In this document: piece after piece, positions 1 to 8,108 of the stretch
Layout: each line of letters starts with the position of its first letter
Position numbering within the stretch: position 1 is the stretch's first letter
NCBI GenBank assembly: GCA_964457405.1
Contig: CAYWEP010000002.1
Span: 1 to 48,094 of the forward strand
Length of the DNA: 48,094 nt
Reading direction: 5' to 3'
Origin: an uncultured Gammaproteobacteria bacterium
Lineage (GTDB): Bacteria; Patescibacteriota; Microgenomatia; Levybacterales; UBA12049
The notes under the pieces: generated by a model
What the model was told of the DNA's origin: nothing
Databases searched by the model: none
What the model saw: only the letters and a program-made list of their open reading frames with translations
Made by a program: the position numbers and the translations under genes

Positions 1-61
1 GCGCTACTTCATGCTCTGCTGACCTGCCGCCGAAGAGGATGCCTATTCGTTTCTTTCGCAT
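1..61 (-). CDS. ddl: D-alanine--D-alanine ligase, N-terminal fragment (the gene runs off the left edge)
   Basis: The reverse complement of 2-61 reads MRKKRIGILFGGRSAEHEVA, the typical Ddl N-terminus (GILFGG.SAEHEVS). The ATG is the complement of 59-61. Only 20 codons are visible. Confidence 0.5.
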   Translation of the reverse strand, partial: MRKKRIGILFGGRSAEHEVA

Positions 62-140
62 CGGTCTAAGCATAATAGACCAAAGACAGTGATGAGTCAA
101 ATTTGAAGAAAAACAAGCCCTATGTAATAATACCCCTGCC

Positions 141-701
141 ATGGGCAAACGAGTGTTTTTGGTACATGGTTGGGGAGGGTATCCTGAAGAAGGCTGGCGA
201 CCGTGGCTGAAAGAAGAATTAGAAAAAAGAGGTTTCAATGTTTTCAACCTCGCGATGCCCAATGCCGATAATCCAAAGCAAGCTGAGTGGGTAGCGCATA
301 TAAGACAAGAGGTTAAGACAGCAGATGAAGATACGTATTTTGTGGGTCACAGCCTTGGGGTTATTGCTATTCTGAGGTACCTTGAGACGCTTCCTCCGGA
401 ACAATCAGTCGGCGGTGTCGTAATGGTCGCCGGATTTGATAATGATTTAGGCATATCCGAATTGAGCGATTTTTTCCGAGCTCCGATTGACTGGAAAAAA
501 ATAGGAAGCCACAGCGATAGTTTTACATCTATAGAATCAGACAACGATCCCTATGAGCTTCTGCGTTACAATGAGATATTTAGAAAAAAATTACACGCAG
601 AAGCAATCATAGAGCACAATGTGTTTCATTTTTCAGCAGACGACGGTATAACAGAACTGCCGATTGTTTTGAAGAAATTGTTAGAGATCTCTGTTAAATA
701 G
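141..701 (+). CDS. Small alpha/beta-fold serine hydrolase (YdeN/RBBP9-like)
   Basis: 186-aa ORF with the nucleophile elbow GHSLG (FVGHSLGV), VHGWGG near the N-terminus and a His-containing C-terminal segment (HNVFHF). Confidence 0.6.
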   Translation: MGKRVFLVHGWGGYPEEGWRPWLKEELEKRGFNVFNLAMPNADNPKQAEWVAHIRQEVKTADEDTYFVGHSLGVIAILRYLETLPPEQSVGGVVMVAGFDNDLGISELSDFFRAPIDWKKIGSHSDSFTSIESDNDPYELLRYNEIFRKKLHAEAIIEHNVFHFSADDGITELPIVLKKLLEISVK

Positions 702-730
702 TTTATCCAAAGGTGTAGCTACGAAATCAC

Positions 731-767
731 CCTTGGGGTGAAAACGAGGCTGCACCCCAGGGGTGCA
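731..767. repeat. GC-rich palindrome TGCACCCC-A-GGGGTGCA (751-767), with an alternative 9-bp stem 732-740/753-761
   Basis: Read directly from the sequence. It shares the TGCACC...GGTGCA ends with the hairpins flanking the RAYT gene. It lies between the hydrolase stop and the maf start. Confidence 0.5.
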
Positions 768-771
768 AATT

Positions 772-1350
772 ATGAAGAGGAAGGTAATTTTGGCTTCGTC
801 GTCGCCGAGAAGGAGAGAGTTGCTCGAAAGTATTGGGTTAAAATTCTCTGTAAAGCCTAGTAATATTCCGGAGACAATGAACCCGCGGCTTGGGCCACGT
901 GCACAAGCAGAATATTTATCGCAGCAAAAAGCAAAGGCAGTTTCTGAGAGAGTAAAGCATGCAATTATTATCGCGGCAGACACGCTTGTTGTGCTCAATA
1001 AAGAGATAATTGGCAAACCTTCCTCAGTCGAGCAGGCGAAAAAGATGCTCAAAAAGCTAAGTGGTAAAACGCATACGGTTATTACCGGATTTACGATCAT
1101 TGATACTGCAAGCAATAAGACGACAACAAAGTCTTCGCAGACAAAAGTTTTTATAAGAAAACTTTCAAAAAAAGAAATAGATGCGTATGTAAAGAAGGAA
1201 CAAACGCTTGACAAAGCCGGAGGATATGCGATTCAGGGGATTGGCAGTTTGCTCATCGAGAAAATCGAAGGAGATTTCTCAAATGTTGTAGGATTGCCCT
1301 TAGCGACGCTTTACCAAGAACTTAAGAAATTTGGAATCTTTCTGCTATAA
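772..1350 (+). CDS. maf: Maf-like nucleoside-triphosphate pyrophosphatase / septum formation protein
   Basis: MKRKVILASSSPRRRELL..., IIAADT, GYAIQG and GLPL are characteristic Maf motifs. The ATG at 772 is preferred over the track's GTG at 763, which lies inside the palindrome. Confidence 0.85.
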   Translation: MKRKVILASSSPRRRELLESIGLKFSVKPSNIPETMNPRLGPRAQAEYLSQQKAKAVSERVKHAIIIAADTLVVLNKEIIGKPSSVEQAKKMLKKLSGKTHTVITGFTIIDTASNKTTTKSSQTKVFIRKLSKKEIDAYVKKEQTLDKAGGYAIQGIGSLLIEKIEGDFSNVVGLPLATLYQELKKFGIFLL

Positions 1351-1360
1351 TCGTTGCGTA

Positions 1361-1412
1361 TGATTGTCACCTGTGATTGTCACCTGAAAGTGATTGTCAC
1401 CTGAAAGGTGCA
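1361..1412. repeat. Three copies of the 13-mer TGATTGTCACCTG (1361, 1374, 1391), ending in the hairpin CACCT-GAA-AGGTG (1398-1410)
   Basis: Read directly from the sequence. The segment 1398-1412 (CACCTGAAAGGTGCA) is the exact reverse complement of 2157-2171. Confidence 0.8.
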
Positions 1413-1469
1413 ATAGCCTCGTCGCCTCTTGAATTTCATTTTCAGAATTGATATATTCAAATATAAAGT

Positions 1470-2147
1470 ATGCCGGATATTAGGGTACCATTGGTAAACG
1501 GTGAATATTACCATATTTTTAATCGAGGAGTAGCGCATCAACCAATATTTCTTCGGCAAAGAGATTATGAACAGAGCATGCTTGCTTTGGCTTACTACCG
1601 GTTCAAAGACCCTCCCATTCGTTTATCCCGCTTGAAAGAATTAGGGAGAGAACGACAGCAAGAAATTCTTACTCAACTTACGACACGCAATGAAACGCTT
1701 ATTCGAATTATCAGCTTTGTTTTTATGCCAAATCATTTTCACTTCCTGTTACAACAAGCTACAGAAAATGGTATCTCAAAGTTCGTAAGCCAGTTCAGCA
1801 ATAGCTGCACAAAATATTTTAATATGAAATATCAAAGAATCGGACCATTATTGCAAGGGGTATTTAAGGCTGTACGGATTGAAACGGATGAACAGCTGCT
1901 CCACGTGTCCCGATATATTCATTTAAATCCACTAGTTTCATTTGTTGTAAAAGATGACGATTTTCTTTCCTATCCCTGGTCGTCTCTTGAGGAGTATCTG
2001 CGGGGAAAATCAAATCTGGTCTTTCTCGATCCAGTATTGTCTCACTTTTCCTCCCCAGAAGATTATAAAACGTTTGTTTTAGATCAAGCAGATTACGGAA
2101 AGAAATTGGAACAAATAAAGCATTTGTTACTTGAGCAATTCAAGTAG
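1470..2147 (+). CDS. IS200/IS605-type Y1 HUH transposase-like protein, REP-associated tyrosine transposase (RAYT)-like
   Basis: The HUH motif is in FVFMPNHFHFLLQ. The catalytic Tyr context is SRYIHLNPL. The N-terminus YHIFNRG is typical of the Y1_Tnp family. It is a single gene of 225 aa with no tnpB partner. Confidence 0.75.
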   Translation: MPDIRVPLVNGEYYHIFNRGVAHQPIFLRQRDYEQSMLALAYYRFKDPPIRLSRLKELGRERQQEILTQLTTRNETLIRIISFVFMPNHFHFLLQQATENGISKFVSQFSNSCTKYFNMKYQRIGPLLQGVFKAVRIETDEQLLHVSRYIHLNPLVSFVVKDDDFLSYPWSSLEEYLRGKSNLVFLDPVLSHFSSPEDYKTFVLDQADYGKKLEQIKHLLLEQFK

Positions 2148-2156
2148 CGATCCTGT

Positions 2157-2173
2157 TGCACCTTTCAGGTGCA
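2157..2173. repeat. Perfect hairpin TGCACCT-TTC-AGGTGCA immediately 3' of the RAYT gene
   Basis: 7-bp stem with a 3-nt loop. It is an inverted copy of 1398-1412. Confidence 0.8.
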
Positions 2174-2203
2174 CATACATACACAGAGTTTGTGATCTTT
2201 TCT

Positions 2204-2291
2204 TGGTAGCCGAGGAGGGGGTCGAACCCACATGATCTTTTGGATCACACGCTCTTGAGGCGTGCGCGTCTGCCAGTTCCGCCACTCGGCC
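2204..2291 (-). tRNA. tRNA-Leu, anticodon CAA, long variable arm, encoded CCA
   Basis: The minus strand reads GGCCGAG-TG-GCGG-AACTGGCAGA-CGCG-C-ACGC(C)-CTCAAGA-GCGTG-(variable arm)-GTGGGTTCGACCCCC-CTCGGCT-A-CCA. The anticodon loop is CU-CAA-GA. Position 1/72 is G1-U72, so the 5' end may be off by 1 nt. Confidence 0.9.
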
Positions 2292-2346
2292 TTTTTGTGC
2301 CCATACATCTTGAAATACAGGCACTGCATAGTATATACTACAAGGC

Positions 2347-3300
2347 ATGACGATTCAACAAATTTACGATTTGGCAGTTGATTGGGGGATGAAAGCAGAT
2401 CCTCGCGGCGTAGACGTTGTCAAAAAAAACTTAGCCAAGGCCAAAAAAGAGTACGTAGAAATGCCTGCGAAGAAAAAAAAGTACTTTGACCTAGAGAGTC
2501 TAATAAATCCTTATTCTGATTCTCGCATTCTCTATGGCGACCCGAAAAAGCAAGTAAAAAAGCTTCTGGCTGGGATAGACGCTGAAGCGGCAGAAGTACT
2601 GATGGTAGATAGATTAAATGAAAAAGGTGAAAAAATAGATCTTCTTATCTCACATCATCCGGATGGACATGCGCTTGCAAGCCTCTATGAAGTAATGGAT
2701 ATTCAGATTGATATGTTCGCTGACGCCGGAGTTCCGATAAACGTCGCCCACGCGCTTTTTGAGGAAAGAAAAGGAGAAGTACAGCGTCGGTTTAATCCTC
2801 TTAACCATGCGCGGACTGTTGATGCTGCGCGATTGATGAAGATTCCGCTTATGGCGCTTCATACAATCTGGGACAATATGGGCAATGACTTTATGCAAAA
2901 ACACCTTGCCAAACGGGAATTTGAAACAGCAGGGGATGTTTTGGAGTACGTGCAGGAAGTGCCGGAATTTGTTGAAGCGATGAAAGGGAAATCAGGACCG
3001 AGTCTTGTCTCAGGAAGCACGAACAGAAGAGCGGGAAAGGTCGTCGTCGGTTTCACAGGCGGTACAAATCCATCCGTTAAGTTGTATGAGCAGCTCGCCA
3101 AAGCTGGTGTCGGGACGCTGGTTGAAATGCACGTCGGCGAAGATGCGGTAAAGAAGCTTCGCGAGCTCCATATCAATGTCATTGATGCCGGGCACATGGC
3201 CGCCGACTCAATTGGCGCAAATCTTTTTCTCGACGAGCTTGAAAAACGGAGAGTAGAAAGCGTTGCTTGCTCAGGTTTAGTGAGGATTAAAAGGAAATGA
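2347..3300 (+). CDS. NIF3-family (dinuclear metal centre) protein
   Basis: Layout: N-terminal helix, YSDSRILYGD...VKKLLAGIDAEAAEV...IDLLISHHP...ALHTIWDN, as in the NIF3/YbgI family. Assignment is by motif only. Confidence 0.55.
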   Translation: MTIQQIYDLAVDWGMKADPRGVDVVKKNLAKAKKEYVEMPAKKKKYFDLESLINPYSDSRILYGDPKKQVKKLLAGIDAEAAEVLMVDRLNEKGEKIDLLISHHPDGHALASLYEVMDIQIDMFADAGVPINVAHALFEERKGEVQRRFNPLNHARTVDAARLMKIPLMALHTIWDNMGNDFMQKHLAKREFETAGDVLEYVQEVPEFVEAMKGKSGPSLVSGSTNRRAGKVVVGFTGGTNPSVKLYEQLAKAGVGTLVEMHVGEDAVKKLRELHINVIDAGHMAADSIGANLFLDELEKRRVESVACSGLVRIKRK

Positions 3301-3851
3301 TTTCAGTAACAGATCTTCGCGCCGGTACTACCTTTGAAGAAAACGGACAGCTATTCCAAGTCCTCTCCTACGAGCATATCAAAATGGGTCGGGGGAGCGC
3401 CAATATCAAAGTAAAAGTCAAAAACCTCAAAAATGGCGCAACACATGAAAAGAGTTTTATCAATGGCGCCAAGGTGAACAACGTACAGGTTCTCAAAAAA
3501 AATTTGCAGTATTTATACAAAGATCAAGACAACTGCTATTTTATGTATCCTGATACATATGAACAAGTTTCAATTCCTCTGAGCGTTGTGTCTGACCACT
3601 TGTTCCTTAAAGAAGGCGAGGGTTTTCCGGTCAGTTTTCTCAATGACGAGCCGTTATCTGTGATGCTGCCGCCAAAAATGGTGTACAAGGTTATGGAGAC
3701 CGGGCCCGCGATAAAAGGCAATTCGGCAACCAATGTTTTCAAAGACGCTATTTTGGAAAATGACATAAAAACAAAAGTGCCTCTTTTTATCAATACGGGT
3801 GATTCGGTCCGCATTGATACTCGCACCGGCGCCTACAGCGAAAAAGCCTAA
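3297..3851 (+). CDS. efp: Elongation factor P
   Basis: MISVTDLRAGTTFEENGQLFQVLSYEHIKMGRGSANIKVKVKNL, a three-domain protein of 184 aa. It overlaps the upstream gene by 4 nt (ATGA). Confidence 0.9.
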   Translation: MISVTDLRAGTTFEENGQLFQVLSYEHIKMGRGSANIKVKVKNLKNGATHEKSFINGAKVNNVQVLKKNLQYLYKDQDNCYFMYPDTYEQVSIPLSVVSDHLFLKEGEGFPVSFLNDEPLSVMLPPKMVYKVMETGPAIKGNSATNVFKDAILENDIKTKVPLFINTGDSVRIDTRTGAYSEKA

Positions 3852-3853
3852 TA

Positions 3854-5119
3854 ATGAATAACAACTTTTTTGGTGCTTTCTCTCAAAGACCATTCCTTTT
3901 CCTTTGGCTAAGCGAAATCTTCACACAGGTCGCAGTATATATTTTCAATTTTTATTTATTACTTTCCGTTTTTACTATTACCAAATCCAGTACCGCTGTT
4001 GCCGGTGTCGTTTTATCCTTTACTATTCCTCAAATCCTCTTCGGCATTATGGCGGGGATATACGTCGATTACAAAGATAAGAAGTCTATACTTTTGGCAA
4101 CCAATATTATTCGGGCGGTGCTGCTTATCCTTCTCGTTTTCTTTCACGACAATCTTGTTATGATTTATCTCACGACATTTCTTTTTGCCATCGTCACGCA
4201 GTTTTTTATTCCTGCTGAGACACCCATGATACCCCTAACAGTTCCGGGGAAAATGCTTCTCTCGGCAAACGCGCTATTCAGCATGGGTATTTATGGTTCT
4301 ATTTTGCTCGCATATGTTCTCTCCGGTCCGTTGATCCTGTTTTTCGGGAATACGCAAGTAATTATTATTATTGCACTCTTGCTTTTGATAGGATCGCTTT
4401 TTATATCATTTATCAAATCGCATCACATGCAGCCTGAGGCAGCGCCCGAAGGAAATGTTTTGTTGAAAGCCGGACACGAATTAAGAAAGATATTTTCTTT
4501 TTTTTCTTATTCCAAAACAGTCCACCATGCGATGTTTCTCCTCGCGCTTTCTCAGGCGCTTATTCTTATTGTTGCGGTTATCGCTCCGAGCTACGCACGG
4601 GAGGTGCTTGATATCAGGATAGAGGATTTTCCCGTACTGTTTATTGCTCCCGCCGCGCTTGGCGTAGTTGTTGGTGCAGCGCTTTTAGTGCGTTTATTTC
4701 ATAATTATGATAAAGACAAGATTGTCACGTTCGGACTGTTGCTGTCGGGCATTGCGATGCTTGCTCTTCCGTACGGATCAAAGATTGCATCAAGAGAAAT
4801 CGTTCAGGTCATCAATCAATCGTTGCCCGGCTTTCTCAATATCACCAGCATTCATCTTATTATGTTGACAGCGTTTATCTTGGGCTTGGCAAATGCAATT
4901 GTTTTTGTTCCGTCAAATACGACGCTTCAGGAGCATACGAGTGACGAAGAACGTGGGAAGATATACGGGACACTCAATACGATAATCGGCGTACTATCGT
5001 TGCTACCAGTTATTTTGGTCGGAGGGTTGTCTGATCTTATCGGCGTAACTTCGGTGATTGTCGGGATTGGCATAGGGTTGCTGCTTATAGGCACTGCAAA
5101 AATTGTCATACGTTTTTAA
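3854..5119 (+). CDS. MFS-type transporter
   Basis: 421 aa with about 12 hydrophobic segments and an N-terminus typical of MFS_3/EntS-like exporters. The central loop is basic. Confidence 0.6.
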   Translation: MNNNFFGAFSQRPFLFLWLSEIFTQVAVYIFNFYLLLSVFTITKSSTAVAGVVLSFTIPQILFGIMAGIYVDYKDKKSILLATNIIRAVLLILLVFFHDNLVMIYLTTFLFAIVTQFFIPAETPMIPLTVPGKMLLSANALFSMGIYGSILLAYVLSGPLILFFGNTQVIIIIALLLLIGSLFISFIKSHHMQPEAAPEGNVLLKAGHELRKIFSFFSYSKTVHHAMFLLALSQALILIVAVIAPSYAREVLDIRIEDFPVLFIAPAALGVVVGAALLVRLFHNYDKDKIVTFGLLLSGIAMLALPYGSKIASREIVQVINQSLPGFLNITSIHLIMLTAFILGLANAIVFVPSNTTLQEHTSDEERGKIYGTLNTIIGVLSLLPVILVGGLSDLIGVTSVIVGIGIGLLLIGTAKIVIRF

Positions 5120-5124
5120 AAGAT

Positions 5125-5820
5125 ATGGAATTTTTCCTTTTATTTCTTGTTATCGGGTTTGTTATTTTCTTATTTTGTTTATACGTTATCGGAAGGGACG
5201 ATATTGTATTTATTCGGAAGAATGTATCCCTGGAGCATCTTTTTAATATTGTCTTCCTTTGTGTTCTCAGTGGATTGATAGGAGCACGATTGATCTATGC
5301 CTTCTTTTCCTTTAACAAGGCGTTTCTCAGCCCGTTTGTCTTTCTTCTTTTTCCGTATTTCCCTGGACTTTCGCTTATCGGCGGAGTGAGTGGAGCAGCT
5401 CTTTTTATTTTCTTTTTCACAAGACGAAAGAAGATTCCAACCGGTCGGGTATTTGATTACCTTGCGCTTGCGCTTTTAGCTGCTTTGCCGTTTGGGTATA
5501 TCGGAATGCTTTTTCTAGAGGAGAATCTTGATCTTTTTGAGAATATTTATTTACCGTTTATCTATATGTTGTTGTTCTTGTTCTTTCTCAAGTTTCTGTA
5601 TCCTCGGGTTTTACGGAGTGAAATAAAAAGTGGAACGCTCGGAATGTTTTTTTTGCTGACATTTTCCTTCATTTCCCTTGTGATAGGAATAAAAAGTAGA
5701 AAAAATGATGTATTATTTTTACTCAGCGTTGAAGATATTCTTGCTTTTTTCCTCTTCGTTGCATCAATTGTTATTTTGATAAGACAGGAAATGATCAGTA
5801 TTCCTGGAAAAAAATTATGA
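5125..5820 (+). CDS. Polytopic membrane protein, weakly Lgt-like
   Basis: LSGLIGARLIYAFF resembles the Lgt GxxGGRLGY segment, but I did not see the GRxGNF motif. There are about 7 TM segments. Confidence 0.35.
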   Translation: MEFFLLFLVIGFVIFLFCLYVIGRDDIVFIRKNVSLEHLFNIVFLCVLSGLIGARLIYAFFSFNKAFLSPFVFLLFPYFPGLSLIGGVSGAALFIFFFTRRKKIPTGRVFDYLALALLAALPFGYIGMLFLEENLDLFENIYLPFIYMLLFLFFLKFLYPRVLRSEIKSGTLGMFFLLTFSFISLVIGIKSRKNDVLFLLSVEDILAFFLFVASIVILIRQEMISIPGKKL

Positions 5821-6686
5821 AGCCGACAATTCTTTTTGAAGATAACGATCTTCTTGTCGTTACAAAGCCCGCAGATATTACAGTCAATCGCTCGGACACA
5901 ACAAAAGGGGAGGAGACCGTGCAGGATTGGAGTGAGAAATATCTTCAAATCCAAGAGAAGAAGTGGGAAGTGAGAGGTGGGAAGCTAGAAGATGATGTGA
6001 GAAGTGAGAATAACAATGTTCACATTTCCCACATCAGTAATCCACATTCTCACATCCAGCTTCCCACATCGGATAAGTATTTAGAATTTCTGAATAGAGC
6101 TGGTGTAGTTCACCGGCTTGACAAAGAGACGTCAGGGGTTTTGCTTATTGCAAAAAATCCAGCTGCTTTTTCCCATTTGCAAGCGCAGTTTAAAGAGCGG
6201 ACAGTCAAAAAAAGGTATGTTGCCTTGGCACACGGAACCATAACACCGCCTGATGGAGAAGTACGCATCCCTGTCGGGAGGCTTCCATGGAACAGAAAAC
6301 AGTTCGGGATTGTGGCAGGAGGCAGGGAAGCGGTGACGAAATATAAAGTAATTTCTAATTACAAATTTCCCCTCGGCCTGAGCTCGGGGCGAAGGCTAAT
6401 TTCTAATAAAAAAGAAACACTGTCACTAGTCGAGTTATATCCTGAGACAGGGAGAACGCATCAAATCAGAGTGCATCTCAAATACATCGGCCATCCTATT
6501 TTCGCAGATTTTCTCTACGCAGGGAGAAAAACAGCAAGAAATGATAGGAAATTATTGTCTCGAGTTTTCCTGCACGCAGCGAAAATATCGTTTCTGCACC
6601 CGACAACGGCTGCTGAACTTGAGTTTGAAAGCCCGTTGCCAGAAGAGCTGCAGACCTTTCTGAATTCACTAGAGAAAGTTGATTAG
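5817..6686 (+). CDS. RluA-family 23S rRNA pseudouridine synthase (RluD-like) carrying two in-frame insertions
   Basis: ILFEDNDLLVVTKPADI, the catalytic GVVHRLDKETSGVLLIAK, and TGRTHQIRVHL...GHPI. Confidence 0.8.
   Translation: MKPTILFEDNDLLVVTKPADITVNRSDTTKGEETVQDWSEKYLQIQEKKWEVRGGKLEDDVRSENNNVHISHISNPHSHIQLPTSDKYLEFLNRAGVVHRLDKETSGVLLIAKNPAAFSHLQAQFKERTVKKRYVALAHGTITPPDGEVRIPVGRLPWNRKQFGIVAGGREAVTKYKVISNYKFPLGLSSGRRLISNKKETLSLVELYPETGRTHQIRVHLKYIGHPIFADFLYAGRKTARNDRKLLSRVFLHAAKISFLHPTTAAELEFESPLPEELQTFLNSLEKVD
5963..6070. repeat. Imperfect long palindrome inside the rluD-like gene
   Basis: GTGGGAAGCTAGA...TGTGAGAAGTGAGAAT (from 5977) pairs with ATTCTCACATCCAGCTTCCCAC (to 6067). It encodes about 40 extra residues (KKWEVRGG...SHIQLPTS) not found in E. 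coli RluD between the TV.. and RAGIVHRLD segments. Confidence 0.6.
6349..6407. repeat. 37-bp GC-hairpin insert flanked by exact 11-bp direct repeats TAATTTCTAAT (6349-6359 and 6397-6407) inside the rluD-like gene
   Basis: Read directly from the sequence. The repeat period is 48 bp, or 16 codons. The protein shows the duplicated ISN...ISN. Confidence 0.7.
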
Positions 6687-6767
6687 AGAGAAAATTTATT
6701 ATAAAATATAAGCACCTAATAGTTTAGAAATTAGATATTAGGAATTAGAAATTGGAGCGTAGCGATT

Positions 6768-6911
6768 ATGGCTGGTTTTGGTGGATTTTATAAAGGCGAG
6801 AAGAAAAAACCCAAAAAAGGAAAAGACATGAAGCAGGGAAGCAGCGTTTTTGGTACGAGTGCTCCTGTTTTTCGTCCACCCGAGGTAATCTCAAAAAAAA
6901 AGAACTATTGA
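6768..6911 (+). CDS. Candidate 47-aa Lys-rich small protein (MAGFGGFYKGEKKKPKKGKDMKQGSSVFGTSAPVFRPPEVISKKKNY)
   Basis: ATG at 6768 preceded by GGAG at 6754-6757. The ORF is below the track's length cut-off and has no recognised family. Confidence 0.3.
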   Translation: MAGFGGFYKGEKKKPKKGKDMKQGSSVFGTSAPVFRPPEVISKKKNY

Positions 6912-6973
6912 CTCCGCAATACCCTCCGCAATACCCACTTGACAATTTGGTTTCCTTGGTTCTTAATAGAGTT

Positions 6974-7234
6974 ATGGCCAAAGAAAACCATGGAAAGCAC
7001 ATCTCAACGATTCAGGCATTTATTGCTTTTCTCATTGCTGCGATAGCAAGCGGTATATTGTTGTTATTTACCACATATAAAGATGCAATTGTTGCATCGC
7101 AGAATTTTCAACTTTTCATGGTACTGGCATCTATAGGATTTGCTCTTTTATTGGTACTGCTTTTTCTTGTAAATAAGGCCCACCACACGCACCATACCGC
7201 CTCAGCCCACCATAGGAGAAAAAACAGTAGGTAA
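6974..7234 (+). CDS. Small two-TM membrane protein with a His-rich tail
   Basis: MAKENHGKH..., two hydrophobic helices, and the tail KAHHTHHTASAHHRRK. The ATG at 6974 is preferred over the track start at 6908. Confidence 0.4.
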   Translation: MAKENHGKHISTIQAFIAFLIAAIASGILLLFTTYKDAIVASQNFQLFMVLASIGFALLLVLLFLVNKAHHTHHTASAHHRRKNSR

Positions 7235-7276
7235 ACCACTTGCGAATCTATAGCGTCATTCGTGGGAGCAACCACT

Positions 7277-8092
7277 ATGAGAAGAAAGAAAGCTGAGGAA
7301 AAACGCGGCCAAAGCCTCAAAACACTATTTCTCTTTTGCCTCATTGTATTTCTTCTTGTTGTCGTGTCGCTGTCGGTAAAAGCATTTGCGATTATAAAAG
7401 CGAGTAAATTTGATGGATCTCACCGTTTCACGCTTGCTCTGCGTACTCAGGAGAAAAACAAAGTAGACATACTGTCATTTGACCCAAAGAATGAGGCAAT
7501 CTCGTCTCTTACGGTGAAAGGAAAAATAGATAACCGAAAAATCGGTCAAGCCCTCGCGACGTTTATCGATGGAGAAATTGTTTCCAGGCCTGAAGCAGAG
7601 GAGCAAAAAATCGGAAAAAAACTATTTTCCCTTGCTATGCGCTTTGACTTAGCGAAAACAAATATTACATTTCTCGATCTTGTCAGATTATCATATTTTG
7701 CCAACGGTGTTGCCGACAAGAATATCACGACAAAAGAAATAATGTTTCCGCAAAGCGATACACAAATAGACCGATTGTCAGAGGATTTTTTTGAGGATCC
7801 TGATATTGTAGCTGAAAGTATAAGCCTTGAAGTTGTCAATGCGACCGGAGTTTCCGGTTTTGGGAGGAGACTTGAGAGAATGCTTACCAACCTCGGTAGT
7901 CAAGTTATCTCGATTTCAACCGCACGCAAAGACGAGACCATGACAAAGTTGCAATACGCAGAGAGCAAATCGTATACGGTCGAAAAATTGGAGCGAATCC
8001 TTGGGGTTACAGCAGAGAAGCAGGAAGGCTTATCGATTTCAGATATTAGAGTTATTCTAGGAAAGCACAGCTTGTCAACAAAATCGTTTTAG
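7277..8092 (+). CDS. Membrane-anchored LytR_C (LytR/CpsA/Psr C-terminal) domain protein
   Basis: N-terminal basic stretch plus one TM segment. The C-terminal LEVVNATGVSGFGRRLERMLTNLGSQV...TKLQY matches the LytR_C pattern. The ATG at 7277 is preferred over the GTG at 7262. Confidence 0.6.
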   Translation: MRRKKAEEKRGQSLKTLFLFCLIVFLLVVVSLSVKAFAIIKASKFDGSHRFTLALRTQEKNKVDILSFDPKNEAISSLTVKGKIDNRKIGQALATFIDGEIVSRPEAEEQKIGKKLFSLAMRFDLAKTNITFLDLVRLSYFANGVADKNITTKEIMFPQSDTQIDRLSEDFFEDPDIVAESISLEVVNATGVSGFGRRLERMLTNLGSQVISISTARKDETMTKLQYAESKSYTVEKLERILGVTAEKQEGLSISDIRVILGKHSLSTKSF

Positions 8093-8108
8093 AGTATTAT
8101 AGCAAAGC

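Larger units (their letters stand above)
1361..2173 (+). mobile_element. RAYT gene bracketed by inverted REP-like hairpins (a candidate domesticated or mobile unit)
   Basis: A Y1 transposase ORF flanked by a 15-nt sequence and its exact reverse complement, with a tRNA gene 30 nt downstream. Confidence 0.5.

Noticed and set aside
681-1214. Long antisense or shadow ORFs in the track. Examples are 681-1214 (-), 15306-16019 (+), 25060-25593 (+), 27274-28011 (+), 33572-34180 (+), 37678-38373 (+), 41809-42396 (+) and 8325-8786 (+).
   Set aside because: Each lies fully opposite a gene with clear family motifs (maf, SIMPL, PLD, carB, gyrA, hppA, holB and the TPR protein). They have low-complexity or odd composition and no recognisable motifs. 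I treat them as frame shadows.
2127-2348. 73-aa minus-strand ORF.
   Set aside because: It is almost entirely the tRNA-Leu gene read as protein.
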